From a virus, in the IMG/VR virus record IMGVR_UViG_3300027976_003189: a stretch of DNA of 49,451 bases; one strand, written 5' to 3'. Positions within the stretch are counted from its first letter, which is position 1. Each line of letters begins with the position of its first letter. The notes beneath the pieces are model-generated. The model worked only from the letters and a program-made list of their open reading frames with translations, was not told the DNA's origin and searched no databases. Positions 16,459 to 28,000 of this stretch are shown here, in pieces. The position numbers and the translations under genes are program-made.

Positions 16459-17880
16459 TCAAAGCCTATTATGATCCAAGTTAATGTTATAAGACCAGGT
16501 CATACCATGCTTGCTATGAATACCAAATACCTTTTGTTCTGGCCTACTAGCTGCATGAACATTCTTTAATGAATAAACATCTGATCCAACAAATGCTCCA
16601 TTTATTATGATTCTGCCGCTATTTGTGGTCATTTCTGCCGAATTATGAAAGTGACCTGCAATTGTATAATCTGGGTATTTTCCAATAATACTAGCCATTT
16701 TCATTTCAAAATTTTGCAAACCTTTAATTGGCATACTTCCTCCCCTTACATCGTCACCGTGAACTAATAGGAATTTGTGATCCTTAATCTCTTCAAAAAT
16801 CCACCATGAAGGGGGAACAACAAATTCTACATTAGTATTATTACTAAAAGCAGCTTCCAGGTATTTGTATGAAATATAATCCCAATTACAGTAATCCTTT
16901 TCTACTCCATCTAGCCCGCATCTCCCGTGATTACCCCGAACTCCATAAAATCTAATTTTAGGAAATTTTGGAAGCCATCCATGAATCATATCAGCTATTG
17001 CCTTCCATCCTCTAGTCATTTGGTCAAAGATAGGTAAGTTAATATATGTGTTTGACCAAGCTCCTGCATTATTAGCTCCAGCAACAATATCTCCCAAACA
17101 AAAAATATGAAGAACAGGTATCTCGTATAATTGTCCGTGAATTTCTGCAATTTCTAAAACAGCAGTTTTTAAGTTTTCAATTCTTCTAGCAACAACCTCT
17201 TCATTGTATTCGCTTATTCCGCCAGTTTCTTCTAATGTATGATGAGCTCCAATATGTAAATCACTTAATACCAATGCCATTTCTTCTGGCTCTCTAGCTT
17301 TCTTAGAATCAATTTTTTTCTTATTTTTTGAGCTATCTCTTTTAGAGGTGGCAACTGTAGGCAAAGCTTCAACCGCTGCCACTAAGCGATCTGCAATTAT
17401 TTCTGCTCTGATTTTGTACATAGACATTTTTGCATCTTGCGATGCTGTTATTTTATCTCTAATGTTTACCTTCTTAGATAGGGAAATAGATTTCTCTTCC
17501 AATTCTGATAATAAGATTGTTCCAAAATGATTTTGCCAGTTTGTTTTTTGATATTTCTTTTCACAAGCTAATGGCGAACGATTAATTTGCAAAGCAATTA
17601 TCTTGTAAGGAATACCCTGCTGCCTTAATGCGAATAACGCTTCTTCTTCTTCCTTACTCCACTTATTGACATCAGATGATTCGCCTGGTTCTTTAGGCTC
17701 ATCTAAATATGACGATACGCTTTTCTTAAGAAGCTTAAATCTACTTCTGCATGATTCAGAAGTTCTCTTTAAAACAGTTCCTATATGGCCGTAAGTATGT
17801 CCCTGACTTTTAAGAGATATCATTCTCTTATCTTCATGTTCTGCCCAATCTTGTCCATGCTTAGATATCTTTGCTTGCAT
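16459..17880 (-). CDS. calcineurin-like metallophosphoesterase with two N-terminal Myb/SANT-like HTH repeats
   Basis: All five motifs present: SDLHIG, LGDIV, GNHGR, VHGD, GHFH. N-terminal repeats WAEHEDKRM...LKRTSESCRSRF and WSKEEEEAL...INRSPLACEKKY. Confidence 0.9.
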   Translation of the reverse strand: MQAKISKHGQDWAEHEDKRMISLKSQGHTYGHIGTVLKRTSESCRSRFKLLKKSVSSYLDEPKEPGESSDVNKWSKEEEEALFALRQQGIPYKIIALQINRSPLACEKKYQKTNWQNHFGTILLSELEEKSISLSKKVNIRDKITASQDAKMSMYKIRAEIIADRLVAAVEALPTVATSKRDSSKNKKKIDSKKAREPEEMALVLSDLHIGAHHTLEETGGISEYNEEVVARRIENLKTAVLEIAEIHGQLYEIPVLHIFCLGDIVAGANNAGAWSNTYINLPIFDQMTRGWKAIADMIHGWLPKFPKIRFYGVRGNHGRCGLDGVEKDYCNWDYISYKYLEAAFSNNTNVEFVVPPSWWIFEEIKDHKFLLVHGDDVRGGSMPIKGLQNFEMKMASIIGKYPDYTIAGHFHNSAEMTTNSGRIIINGAFVGSDVYSLKNVHAASRPEQKVFGIHSKHGMTWSYNINLDHNRL

Positions 17881-18634
17881 TCATTCTCTCCTTCGTTAGA
17901 AATTTGCTCATGAATCTTCTCCAGACAATCATATGAGCTTTTATCATTTCCTGCTTATGCAGTGATGTCATACCTTTACTATTTTTCCTATACTTTATAA
18001 CAGGCTTTTGAAAATTATAAAACTTCTTTCCATCTAATATAGCTTTGCACCATAAATCAAAATCGGGGACAGTATATATAGATTGTTCTAAAGTATATTT
18101 TCCTAAATCTAAAAAATCTTGCTTTCTAAAAACCGTAGTCGGATCTATCATTGGATTCATACATCTCTTGGAAATCGTATTTTCGATATCTTCATGAGCA
18201 GAAGGAGGATAAACCATTTCTCCTACCACCTTATCAGATTCGTCTATCTTAATAGCATGTCCTCCAACGCAAAATAGAAATTCATCTCTTTCTAGTTTAT
18301 CAACTTGTATTTCAAAGCGATCTTGGTAACTAAAATCGTCTCCATCATTAATAGCTATATATTTACCTTTTGCCAGAGCAATAGCTTCATTTCTCCTAGA
18401 TGGTATTTTCTTATTATCGCTATTATTTATTAAAATAACTGACTTTGCAACTTCTTGTAGTTTTTCAACTTTAGAATTTACAATATCCCATGTGTTGTCT
18501 TTTGATCCGTCATTAACAATAATTATTTCAAAGTCACTAAAGGTTTGATTAATAACCGAATCAAGAGACATGCCGATATGGTCTTCACAATTATAAACAG
18601 TTGTTATAACACTAAGTAATGGAGAATAAGTCAT
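17861..18634 (-). CDS. glycosyltransferase family 2
   Basis: SVITTVYN, SVINQTFSDFEIIIVNDGSKD, GKYIAINDGDD, DFDLW. Confidence 0.95.
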   Translation of the reverse strand: MTYSPLLSVITTVYNCEDHIGMSLDSVINQTFSDFEIIIVNDGSKDNTWDIVNSKVEKLQEVAKSVILINNSDNKKIPSRRNEAIALAKGKYIAINDGDDFSYQDRFEIQVDKLERDEFLFCVGGHAIKIDESDKVVGEMVYPPSAHEDIENTISKRCMNPMIDPTTVFRKQDFLDLGKYTLEQSIYTVPDFDLWCKAILDGKKFYNFQKPVIKYRKNSKGMTSLHKQEMIKAHMIVWRRFMSKFLTKERMNASKDI

Positions 18635-19715
18635 TATATTGAGCCTCTATTTTTTCCCAATTATATTCATTAGCAATCTGATAATAACCCTCTTCTCCAA
18701 GAGTTTTTCTAAGATCATCATTTTCTAATATATTATATAGATGATTTGTAAACACATCATAACTCTGTTCATTATAAAGAGCGTAACCGTCTTTATCCTT
18801 AGTTGAATATGGAACCAAAAATCCACCTTTTAATAATCTCGTATTCCCTACAGGCATCGAAACCCAGGGTAACTTGGATGCCATAGATTCAAGCACTACA
18901 ACCGGAGCAACTTCCTTCTGAGTAGGAAAAGCGAATACGCTAGATGATAAGAAATATCTAATCACTTGGTCCCTGTCTATATCTTTAAGAAAAAGAAAAG
19001 GGAAAGATGCTTTCTTCAAAAGACCTTCTACTTTGTTTCTTAAAACCTGTGCATAAAAGAAATTGACAGTTGATGAAATGAATACAACAACGAAATCATC
19101 TCTTTTTCTAGATAGCCGGTTGGCAACTTCAATGAAATGATCCTGCCCCTTTCCAGGAAAGAAATTAGATACACATAAAATAATCTTTTTATCTTTTAGA
19201 TTTTCTGGTAAAGGATTGGAAACCTCTTTACTGAACTCTGGTAAATTTATACCATTATTAATTACCGTAACTGGCAAATTATAATAAGTACAATCTTTAT
19301 AATCTTGATAGTTATCCGAATGAGTTACAATTCTAAATTGATCCTTCTTATCCCTGAATGTATTAAATACATTTCTATGGGATAACATATAATTCATGCC
19401 TACAAGGGCTATGCTTTTTCTACCAGGTATCTTTTCAGCGTTATCAACAATAGTAGGCCAAAAAGAAAAACAATCGCTGTAAACAAATGTGTGGTCAGGT
19501 TTCAAAGCCTGAATCTGTTTAAGAAAAGATAAAGGATCCCTAGAGCAAGGGATCATAGATATTTTACCATCCTTGATAGGCTTTAGAAGTGATCTGCTAA
19601 TAACAAAAACATCATGTCCATATTTTTCAGACATTGATGTGGATATTTGCCTTACGACCTTCTCGGTACCGCCGATGTGAGGCCAGGAATGATTACAACA
19701 AAGTACAAGTTTCAT
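18612..19715 (-). CDS. glycosyltransferase family 4 (GT-B)
   Basis: PHIGGTE, VINNGIN, KGQD, FAFPTQKEVAPVVVLESMA (E-x7-E), YNW. Confidence 0.93.
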   Translation of the reverse strand: MKLVLCCNHSWPHIGGTEKVVRQISTSMSEKYGHDVFVISRSLLKPIKDGKISMIPCSRDPLSFLKQIQALKPDHTFVYSDCFSFWPTIVDNAEKIPGRKSIALVGMNYMLSHRNVFNTFRDKKDQFRIVTHSDNYQDYKDCTYYNLPVTVINNGINLPEFSKEVSNPLPENLKDKKIILCVSNFFPGKGQDHFIEVANRLSRKRDDFVVVFISSTVNFFYAQVLRNKVEGLLKKASFPFLFLKDIDRDQVIRYFLSSSVFAFPTQKEVAPVVVLESMASKLPWVSMPVGNTRLLKGGFLVPYSTKDKDGYALYNEQSYDVFTNHLYNILENDDLRKTLGEEGYYQIANEYNWEKIEAQYNDLFSIT

Positions 19716-19723
19716 TTTATTAT

Positions 19724-20152
19724 TTATGCATAAAATAGCATTGCGAAATTTCTTACTTCATTTTTATTTCTTACTAAATGACTAAACACATGCATTAAGT
19801 TATCTATTCCATCAGTCGTGTATGCCTTTGACTCATCAACTATAACAAGATTTAAATTGCCACTGTATCCTAAAAGATCTAATTCCTTTCCTGGATTTAC
19901 ACATATTTTATTTTTTGCATTACTCATCTTATTAAGAGCATAAGACGGGTTGATAACTAAAGAATTTTCTATTAATTCAGATAACTCTCTTGCTGCTGTC
20001 GAATGACCAGCTCTTCTTCCAGAATCTATTTTTAGAGTCATATGCTCTTTTAATATATGAAAATTAGAGATATCTTCAAACATATTATTTTTAATCATAT
20101 AACTAGTATGTTTTAAGAATTTTAAAGATATATCTGAAATGTAATTAGGCAT
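19724..20152 (-). CDS. small degenerate P-loop NTPase-like protein
   Basis: Walker A-like GRRAGHST (Lys replaced by His) and Walker B-like LVIVDE; AGGA SD. Confidence 0.65.
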   Translation of the reverse strand: MPNYISDISLKFLKHTSYMIKNNMFEDISNFHILKEHMTLKIDSGRRAGHSTAARELSELIENSLVINPSYALNKMSNAKNKICVNPGKELDLLGYSGNLNLVIVDESKAYTTDGIDNLMHVFSHLVRNKNEVRNFAMLFYA

Positions 20153-20175
20153 AATTTTATCCTGTATGTTAATGG

Positions 20176-21234
20176 TTATGAAACTATATTCTTAACTATC
20201 GGCAAATTCTTCCAATTGTGAGGAGTCTGTATATGGTTCGCTCTAACAAATTTCGAACAACTGCTTCTAAATTGATTGAATCTAATTTTACCATCAAGCC
20301 TAACCACATATCCTTCCATCTCATCTCCAGATTCGGATGTATTTTTATACAATGACTTTATTTTATCTTCATCCCACTCGCCTCTGTAAATCACAGGAAC
20401 AGTTTTAAGCCCAAGTAGATTACACCACTCTTCTGTTTCACTCCAATCTAAAGCCTCATTGCTCTCATCCCATATGGAAAATACCATAAAATAACTCTTT
20501 AGATTTTTGTAGGCTATTGAGTGCTTAGCATAGATGTTCTCTCCACAAATTCTCCAGCCATCAGGTATATCTAATCTAATGGTTCCGTGAAGATTTTTAA
20601 GCCACGTCCTTGATCCATGATTGCCTGAATTGATTGACCGAGCATGCATGTAATCCCTACTTATAGTAGAATTTTCCCCATCCATCTTCTCAGTTACTAC
20701 AACTTTTTTTCCTATAAATAAGGAAAGGTCTTTTAATACCCTATCTCCTTTACCCAAGCCTTCACTCCAAGGCAGATGAAATGTTCTTGGGTAATGAAAA
20801 TAACTCGTAAATAAGTGTAAAACGTTACCATGTTCTAGTATTTTTTGAACAGATTTATCTGTAAAAAGTTCCCCCTTTACTCTTGTGCCATTTGCTAATA
20901 ATTGATTACCCCATTTATCATATGCCATACCATATTCATCTTCTAATGAAAATGGTATGATTGTTTCTTTAATTCCTGATGCTTTTCTTACCTCATCACA
21001 TGAAATTACTGTTGTTTCTGCCTTAATATGACAGTCTATACATAAAGTTGACCCATTTTCTAAGTAATAACCACCATTATCCCATAATCTTCTTTCCATA
21101 ATGTGATGAGCATTTATCTTAGATTCATCAAAAGAATGGAATCCACAAATGACGCAGGTATATTTGTCTCGCTTAAATACGTTATTGCGAAAAGTATCAC
21201 GATCAAGCAAGATGTGCTGGTTTTGAGGATACAT
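20176..21234 (-). CDS. HNH endonuclease domain fused to an ATP-dependent RNA ligase-family nucleotidyltransferase
   Basis: HNH: RDKYTCVICG...AHHI...NGSTLCIDCHIKAE. Ligase: HYPRTFHLPWS, TEKMDGEN (motif I), CGEN, EGYVVR, KFVR. ATG at 21234 preferred over TTG at 21249. Confidence 0.9.
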   Translation of the reverse strand: MYPQNQHILLDRDTFRNNVFKRDKYTCVICGFHSFDESKINAHHIMERRLWDNGGYYLENGSTLCIDCHIKAETTVISCDEVRKASGIKETIIPFSLEDEYGMAYDKWGNQLLANGTRVKGELFTDKSVQKILEHGNVLHLFTSYFHYPRTFHLPWSEGLGKGDRVLKDLSLFIGKKVVVTEKMDGENSTISRDYMHARSINSGNHGSRTWLKNLHGTIRLDIPDGWRICGENIYAKHSIAYKNLKSYFMVFSIWDESNEALDWSETEEWCNLLGLKTVPVIYRGEWDEDKIKSLYKNTSESGDEMEGYVVRLDGKIRFNQFRSSCSKFVRANHIQTPHNWKNLPIVKNIVS

Positions 21235-21286
21235 GTAATATAATAACAAAATTAAAGAAAAAATCCGGAGAACGAATTCTATCTTA

Positions 21287-22012
21287 TCAAGAAAATGCAG
21301 GAATATTATACTGCCTCAAAACAGGCATAGATTTGCCTTTCCACTTATTCCTGAACTTCTGCAAACTATTTAGGAATCTCTGGTGCTTATCAGATGCCTT
21401 GCCTAAAGTCTGATGAGGAAAGTGAATTATTCTGGATTTTATATTCCATCCTATTTTAAACCCTGCATCATATGCTCTCTTTGAATAATCTGGATCTTCG
21501 AAATAAGACGGATTGAATTGCATATCGTATGGTCCAATTTTATCAACAACTTCCTTACGAACCATCATTCCTCCACATCCGACATAGCTAAATGTTTCAT
21601 TTAGAGATGTTATTTTCTTTACAGGAAGAAAAGACCTATTTAATTGCCAAGCCTCAACTCCTATCAAGTCATATCCTGTATTTAATACGCTTAAATGCTG
21701 CTCAAGCCATCCTTCCCTTACATACTGATCGTTATCTAGAAACATAAGGATATCACACTCAGACTGCTTACTAAATTCTTCAAATCCTAAATTTCTACCG
21801 CCAATAACTCCTGTGTTATTTTCTGAAAGAAAAATAGACATGTTATCCTTGCGAAAATCTTGTAATAATTTAGGAGTCTCGTCTGATGACCCATTGTCTA
21901 TAAAATGTAAATGAAACAAATCTTGATTAGTATATTTATATAGCAAATCTAAGAATTTTCTAGTTGTACCAATACTGTTGTGGGAAAGAACTACTAAAAA
22001 TACTTTTGACAT
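21287..22012 (-). CDS. glycosyltransferase family 2
   Basis: FIDNGSSDET, NTGVIGGRNLG, FLDNDQ (DxD), GCGGMMVRKEV, YFEDPDYS. Confidence 0.94.
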   Translation of the reverse strand: MSKVFLVVLSHNSIGTTRKFLDLLYKYTNQDLFHLHFIDNGSSDETPKLLQDFRKDNMSIFLSENNTGVIGGRNLGFEEFSKQSECDILMFLDNDQYVREGWLEQHLSVLNTGYDLIGVEAWQLNRSFLPVKKITSLNETFSYVGCGGMMVRKEVVDKIGPYDMQFNPSYFEDPDYSKRAYDAGFKIGWNIKSRIIHFPHQTLGKASDKHQRFLNSLQKFRNKWKGKSMPVLRQYNIPAFS

Positions 22013-22019
22013 TTTATAC

Positions 22020-25000
22020 TCACAAAATTGTTACAGTATTTGAATCTACTGGATCTGAACTATCAAGACCGTCTGATGGAATAATTCTAGCAAACCATCT
22101 CTCTGACTCTTTAATAAAAGATGAAGGAACTATTTTTTCATCTTTCAAATCTTTTACTTCAATATTGTTCCTGAACCACTTAATATCGCTTTGATCTGAT
22201 TGGTTTGAATCTCCATTAGCAATATCGGCATCCGAGAAGGAGTAGGTTAATACCAGATTCTGAGAGCGTCTTGGACGACTAGGCCCAAGCAGTATATTAG
22301 TTACTATAGGAGGAGCATTTTCTATAAGTACAGATTCGCTAGTTATTACCTCTCCGCTTGCTCCTCCTGTTTCAGGACTAATTTCCACAGATATTTCATT
22401 ACCCATAATAAAAGGAATAGTATTAACTGAATTAGTTTCTCCAGGAATAATTCTATCTGCCTTAAATATTATATTTCCTATTTTCTTTTCTTCCCCGAAA
22501 ATTCCACTCTTAAATTCTTCACCATTAACTAGCCATGTTATTTTGGATTTATTTTCCGAACTATCAGATAATAAACTAAATTGAATAACAATAGAGCTAT
22601 TTGCCGTAAACTTTTTCGCTGTAGATCCAGTTGCTGATATAGCTACTAACTTAACATTTTCAGCTGTTGGAGAACCTTCTGATACAGTAGTTATATTAGA
22701 TTGGAATACATTTCCAAAAAGTTCTCCGTCACTAGGTCTTACTGTGAAATAAACTTTATCACCTGGCTTAACAATAGATTGCTTTGCCTTTCTAGCAAGC
22801 ATTTCAGCAGTTATATTTTCAGTTATATCCTTAGTATTAATAGTTAATACCTTTCTCCATAATGGATCGGAAAAATCAGATATATCATTCCATGTTCTAA
22901 GATCATCTAGGAACAATATTCTCGCACCATTTATATACCATCTAATTTCTGTTTGATCTGTATCCTCCTCGTCCCCATTTATATCTACGAACTTATATTG
23001 AGATGTAAATACAGAGTATACTTCAGGATCATCAGGAGTTAATATAATATTATCTGCTTCTGGAGCAATCTTATCTAATGGAGGAAGTAGATTGATATTA
23101 GAATTATACATAAACCCTATACCATCTATTTCTATAGGATCTGATACTGATTTATTAATTAGCCTCATTCCAACTCTAAGGTTATTCCCATTGTTTATAC
23201 GAATAAATAAATTTTTACTCTGAGAAGAAGAGAATACTACTATTCCCTCTCTCGGAAATACTCTGTAAGAATCAGAGCTAATAGAGTCTCCGCTACTATC
23301 AACTATAGCAACTTGAGATGATGGATCCCATCTTCCGAATTTAGCCTTATAAGAGAACCTATCTATTTTAATAATAGGCTCATCACTAAATTTATCTATA
23401 TCATTAGAAAATCTAATTGGTATAAATATCTTTCCGTTATAAGATATATGCTTTTGATTACCTGATTGGAAATCAATCCAGTTACTTGTTCTGGATGTTG
23501 CAACTCCAATCTGTATATCATTTCCTCCGTTTATATTAACATCATTTGTAGCAATAACGACTTGCTGAGGAATAGCCTCTGTGTTCTCGATATCTAAAAA
23601 TAGATAAGATTCTTTAGATAAATTAAAACTAATTGAAACAGACTGAAGCGATGGAGATCCAGGAAGAGGTATAGTTTCATACTCAGGATCATTAGACGCA
23701 GTAAATCCTGTTATTAAAACAACAGAGAATTTTATGTATCTGGCCTCAACGTTATTAAATGATATTATATCATTTGCAGCATAAACATCATTGACATTTG
23801 TAAAAGAAAAACCATCTTTGCTAAATGAAACTTTCCAATTTCCACTTGTATTCTCAAACAATTCAAAAATTGCGGATATACCAGTTATTAATGCTATGTC
23901 ACCTATATCGACTGTGAATTCAAATAAGCCATATCCTAGCGACCCGGTGGCCCCTCCAGCGAATATATCAATTAAATCATTTATAAACAATTCAGAGAGA
24001 ACAGTTATTGACTGACCACCAGTTTTCTTGGATATTTCATCCAACCCGTTTGTGTCACTTCTATTAGATTTAGCAGACAACGTTATTGGCTCTACTATTG
24101 AGAAGTTTCCGATAATAACAGGAACCAACCCCTTGCCATCTATTGAGTTAACAGATTCTATAGCTTCTTCCTTAGATAATATGGACAGGTTTGACTCGTT
24201 ATCAGTTAATAAATATATAGATTTAGATTTATCATCAACGCTATTATCAGAAAGAATACCAGCAACAGAATATATAGCATCAAAAATAGGAGAGCCTCCA
24301 AATGAAACTGTATTCTCTAAGTTTCTAAGCTTGGATAAAATACTTTCTACAGAAGCATCATTCTTATATAATATTTTTTTAGCAACTGGTACCCAGTCTA
24401 TATCACTATAACATCCGACAATAGGACTTGATTGTTGAGCCAATGCGCTTGGTATTAAGCTAAATACTGTAGAAGCAGCGGTATCAAACCCTCCAATAGA
24501 GCTACTTAAAACGTCTATGTTCTCAAATGTTATACCCTTAGAGAACGAAGACCATACAATGCTAGTATTTAAGCTATGAACTACATCACATATATCACTT
24601 TCTCCAGTAATTTTTATACTGCTATTTTTCTTTTTTGAATTTTTAATATTAACAGAACTTTTATTATCTCCAAATAAGCTAACATCATTAATAGTCTGAC
24701 CATAAAATTCGCTATCATTGATAGTTACTTGAACCAATATCTGGTATGATTCTCTTATTTCTCCAGTAATTATTTTCAACAATAACTTTTTAGCAATATC
24801 AGTATCAAGATCAATAGATGCATCTGTAATATCTTTAATAGTTTCAATGCTTTCTAATTTAATGCTTTCTAATATATCTTCTCCTCTTGGTAAAAGGGTA
24901 GCCACACCTTTTCCTTCTGATATAGTTATAATTTTTCTTGTAAATAAAACAGGATATACAGAAAGAGAATCTTCTTGCAATTCTGCTGACTGGCCCTGTC

Positions 25001-28000
25001 CTTTATCAGATTGCTGTCCTAATATCTCTTCAGGCTTAGAGATAGAACTTGCTGTTAAGAATTTTATGAATCCTCTTACGGATACGTTTACATCACGATC
25101 AGGATATTCGCCTGCATCGTCTTTTAATTCTATATTTAAAGATACTGTTGATTTTCCATCTAATCTCATATTAGAAGGAGATATTGACGTTAGCATTTGC
25201 AAGAAGCCATCTTTTCTTCCGCTTTCAAAACCACCTGTAATAAATATGGAAGGATCTCCATACTCTCCAGCCAATGCTACAGCTGCTGAAGCAGCTGTTT
25301 TAGATTTTGGCATATTATCTAGTTTTGTATATTCAAAAGGATAAATAGAAGTATCAATTTTTTCTATCAACCTAAGATGCTGAGATTGTTCGTTAGAACC
25401 ACCTATAAAATATCTATTATCATTATAGGAAACAGAAACAGATTTGTATCTAGGATCAGGTATGGAAGTAAACTCTCCATCATTTATGGATATATCTTCC
25501 GTCCCTATGTCGAAAACAAATGTGTCAGATGGATACGATAATTGATCGTCTCCGCTCTTTCTGTCCAGAATAGAAGCTCCTCCAACTATATATATTGAAC
25601 TTCCGTCATAAAATGACGTTGGAGATATTCTTTGATAAATATCTAAGTCTACTCCGGAAAATAAACTCGTTACGGCCCATTCATCAGTATTAATATCATA
25701 TATTAATACCCTATCATTTAATTTATCCAATTTACCCTGATTACTTATTTCCGTTACTCCACAAAGAATATATATCTTATCAGAAATAACTTGGGCAATT
25801 CCGAAGCATACTCCGTAATTTCTACCATCCACTGTATCATTATCGATAATGGGCATAGAAGTTAAAACATCCCATTCATCAAGAGATGGATTATATACCT
25901 CAATGCTATTACTAACATCCATTGTTTTTGCTATCGGATCTGCTGTTATTCCGCCTATTACGTATATCTTATCATTATTAACAACAGACATAGCTCCGAA
26001 TCTAGGAGTTGGCATACTTGATACAAGAGTCCATTCATCGCTATCTACTGAGTATTTTTCATTAGTTTTAGAAATTGTTGTAGCATCTATGCCTCCTATG
26101 GCATATAAATTATTATCAACAGTTTCAAGAATCATATGTCCTCTGGGTTTGGACATAGGAGATAATGATGCATCCCAATCTTCCGATACAGTATTAAAAA
26201 CGTCTAGTCTTGAACTAAATATATCTGGTATATCTGTTTCGTCAAAGTTACCAGTACTATATTCTACCGAAACACAAACGTTTCTTTCTCTATCAACTTC
26301 TCCACTCTTATCATATGTAGTTGTAAATCTAATAATTTCAAATACTTCATCTTCAGGATTTATAGGGTCTATGGTAACACTGGCATAGCTTTTTGAAATA
26401 GTATCATCGATATCATCATCAGTAGATGCTCTTGTATAAATAATTAAACTTCTAGGAACTATTTTACTTTTTCCACCAGTTATATTTGATTCTATATCTA
26501 CTCTTATAGGAGTTCCATCTGGAACATTTTTTCCAGAAAAAGATACAAAAACAAAAATCTCATTTACTGTTTCTCCATCTATAACAAGAGCATTTGATGG
26601 ATTTCCATTCGCCTTTAACCCGGCAAATGATATTTCTAATGGTTCTCTTGGAACGATAATAGTTGGAGGAACACCGTCTTTAATACCCCCTCCACCTCTA
26701 GCAAATCTTGATGCTCCATCTAAGAAAAGACCAGTAGATCCGCTAACTGTTATTTCTGTACATAAAATTGGAGATAATGGCTTGTCCGTAGCACCTAAGC
26801 ATTCGCATGGATTTACTACTGCGTCATCTCCCAATGGACTATCACCTGAAGGGCATCCTCCCTTTGGAGGAGGGAAGAATCCGTTGATTTGGAAATAAAC
26901 ATAAGTATCATCACTATCTTCAATTTCTATAACAGCCCTATCTTTAGCAGATTTGCCATTGTCTCCAAGAGATATTGATCTATATCCGGTATAAGGGTCT
27001 ATGCCTTCTTCTACGTCTCCCCATAATATATTAACAGCTCCGCTTTCCAATACGGTAGTTGGATCTTCGTCATTAATATCTTGAGAAAGAGTTCTTTCAA
27101 TTCCTGTATTAAGTATTATTCCCTGTCCTTCAATTAACGAACTTATATCTGAGCCAAACGATATAGCACATGATCTAAAGCATGAAGCATATTTTGTCAA
27201 AGCACTACTTGCATCCTTAGATATTCTTAACTTAACATAATCTTCTCCATCTGCCCAAATTACATTCTTCATCTCAGGAAATTCCATGAGAAATCTAAAA
27301 CCAAATCTACTATTGAAACCATATGTTAATGGGAAAATTTCTACAGGTACATTATCTTTTGCAGATAAGCCATCATACTGTACCGAAGTTGAAATAGTAT
27401 ACCTCTCACCTATAAATAGAATTCCACCACCTGATATAACAGTATTCCATTTAACTCCGCTCGCCGGTCCGAAGAATACCCCTCTTGAAACTCCGTTATT
27501 AATCCTGGAGAAAACTCCACTTGTAGGAACCGTAGGATCGGTAGAATAAAATGGTCTGTTTACTCCAAATTCACCAAGAGCCAAACTCCATCTAATAACT
27601 GTACCATCAGGAAGAAGCTTTATCTTGTTTTCATCATTTGGAAAATCAGGATCAATTAGATATGCTTGAGCAAATTGTTCTGCAACATCTGTACCATCTG
27701 AAATTGGAGCTAATACTGTGTTTTTAATAAAAAGTATATTATTAAAATATAGTGTCATATCTTTACTGACATGATACCCATTATAATTTACGCTAATATA
27801 AAGAATAGCACCCTGTTCGAATCTAGGAACAGACAATGGGATATCAACAAAGGATATAATCTCTTTCTCTCCTGTTGTCTTTCCTGTATCCTTGTCAACT
27901 ATATCTTGTATTTTTACCACTGAACTTAATGTAGTTGCTAATGGCAAAACTGTAGTACTAACCCTAAGAGGTCTACTCGTGGGCTTGCAGACATCAACTG

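Noticed and set aside
20950-21234. HNH as a free-standing homing endonuclease or the cognate restriction enzyme of the MTases
   Set aside because: It is fused in frame to the ligase and lies more than 8 kb from the nearest MTase.
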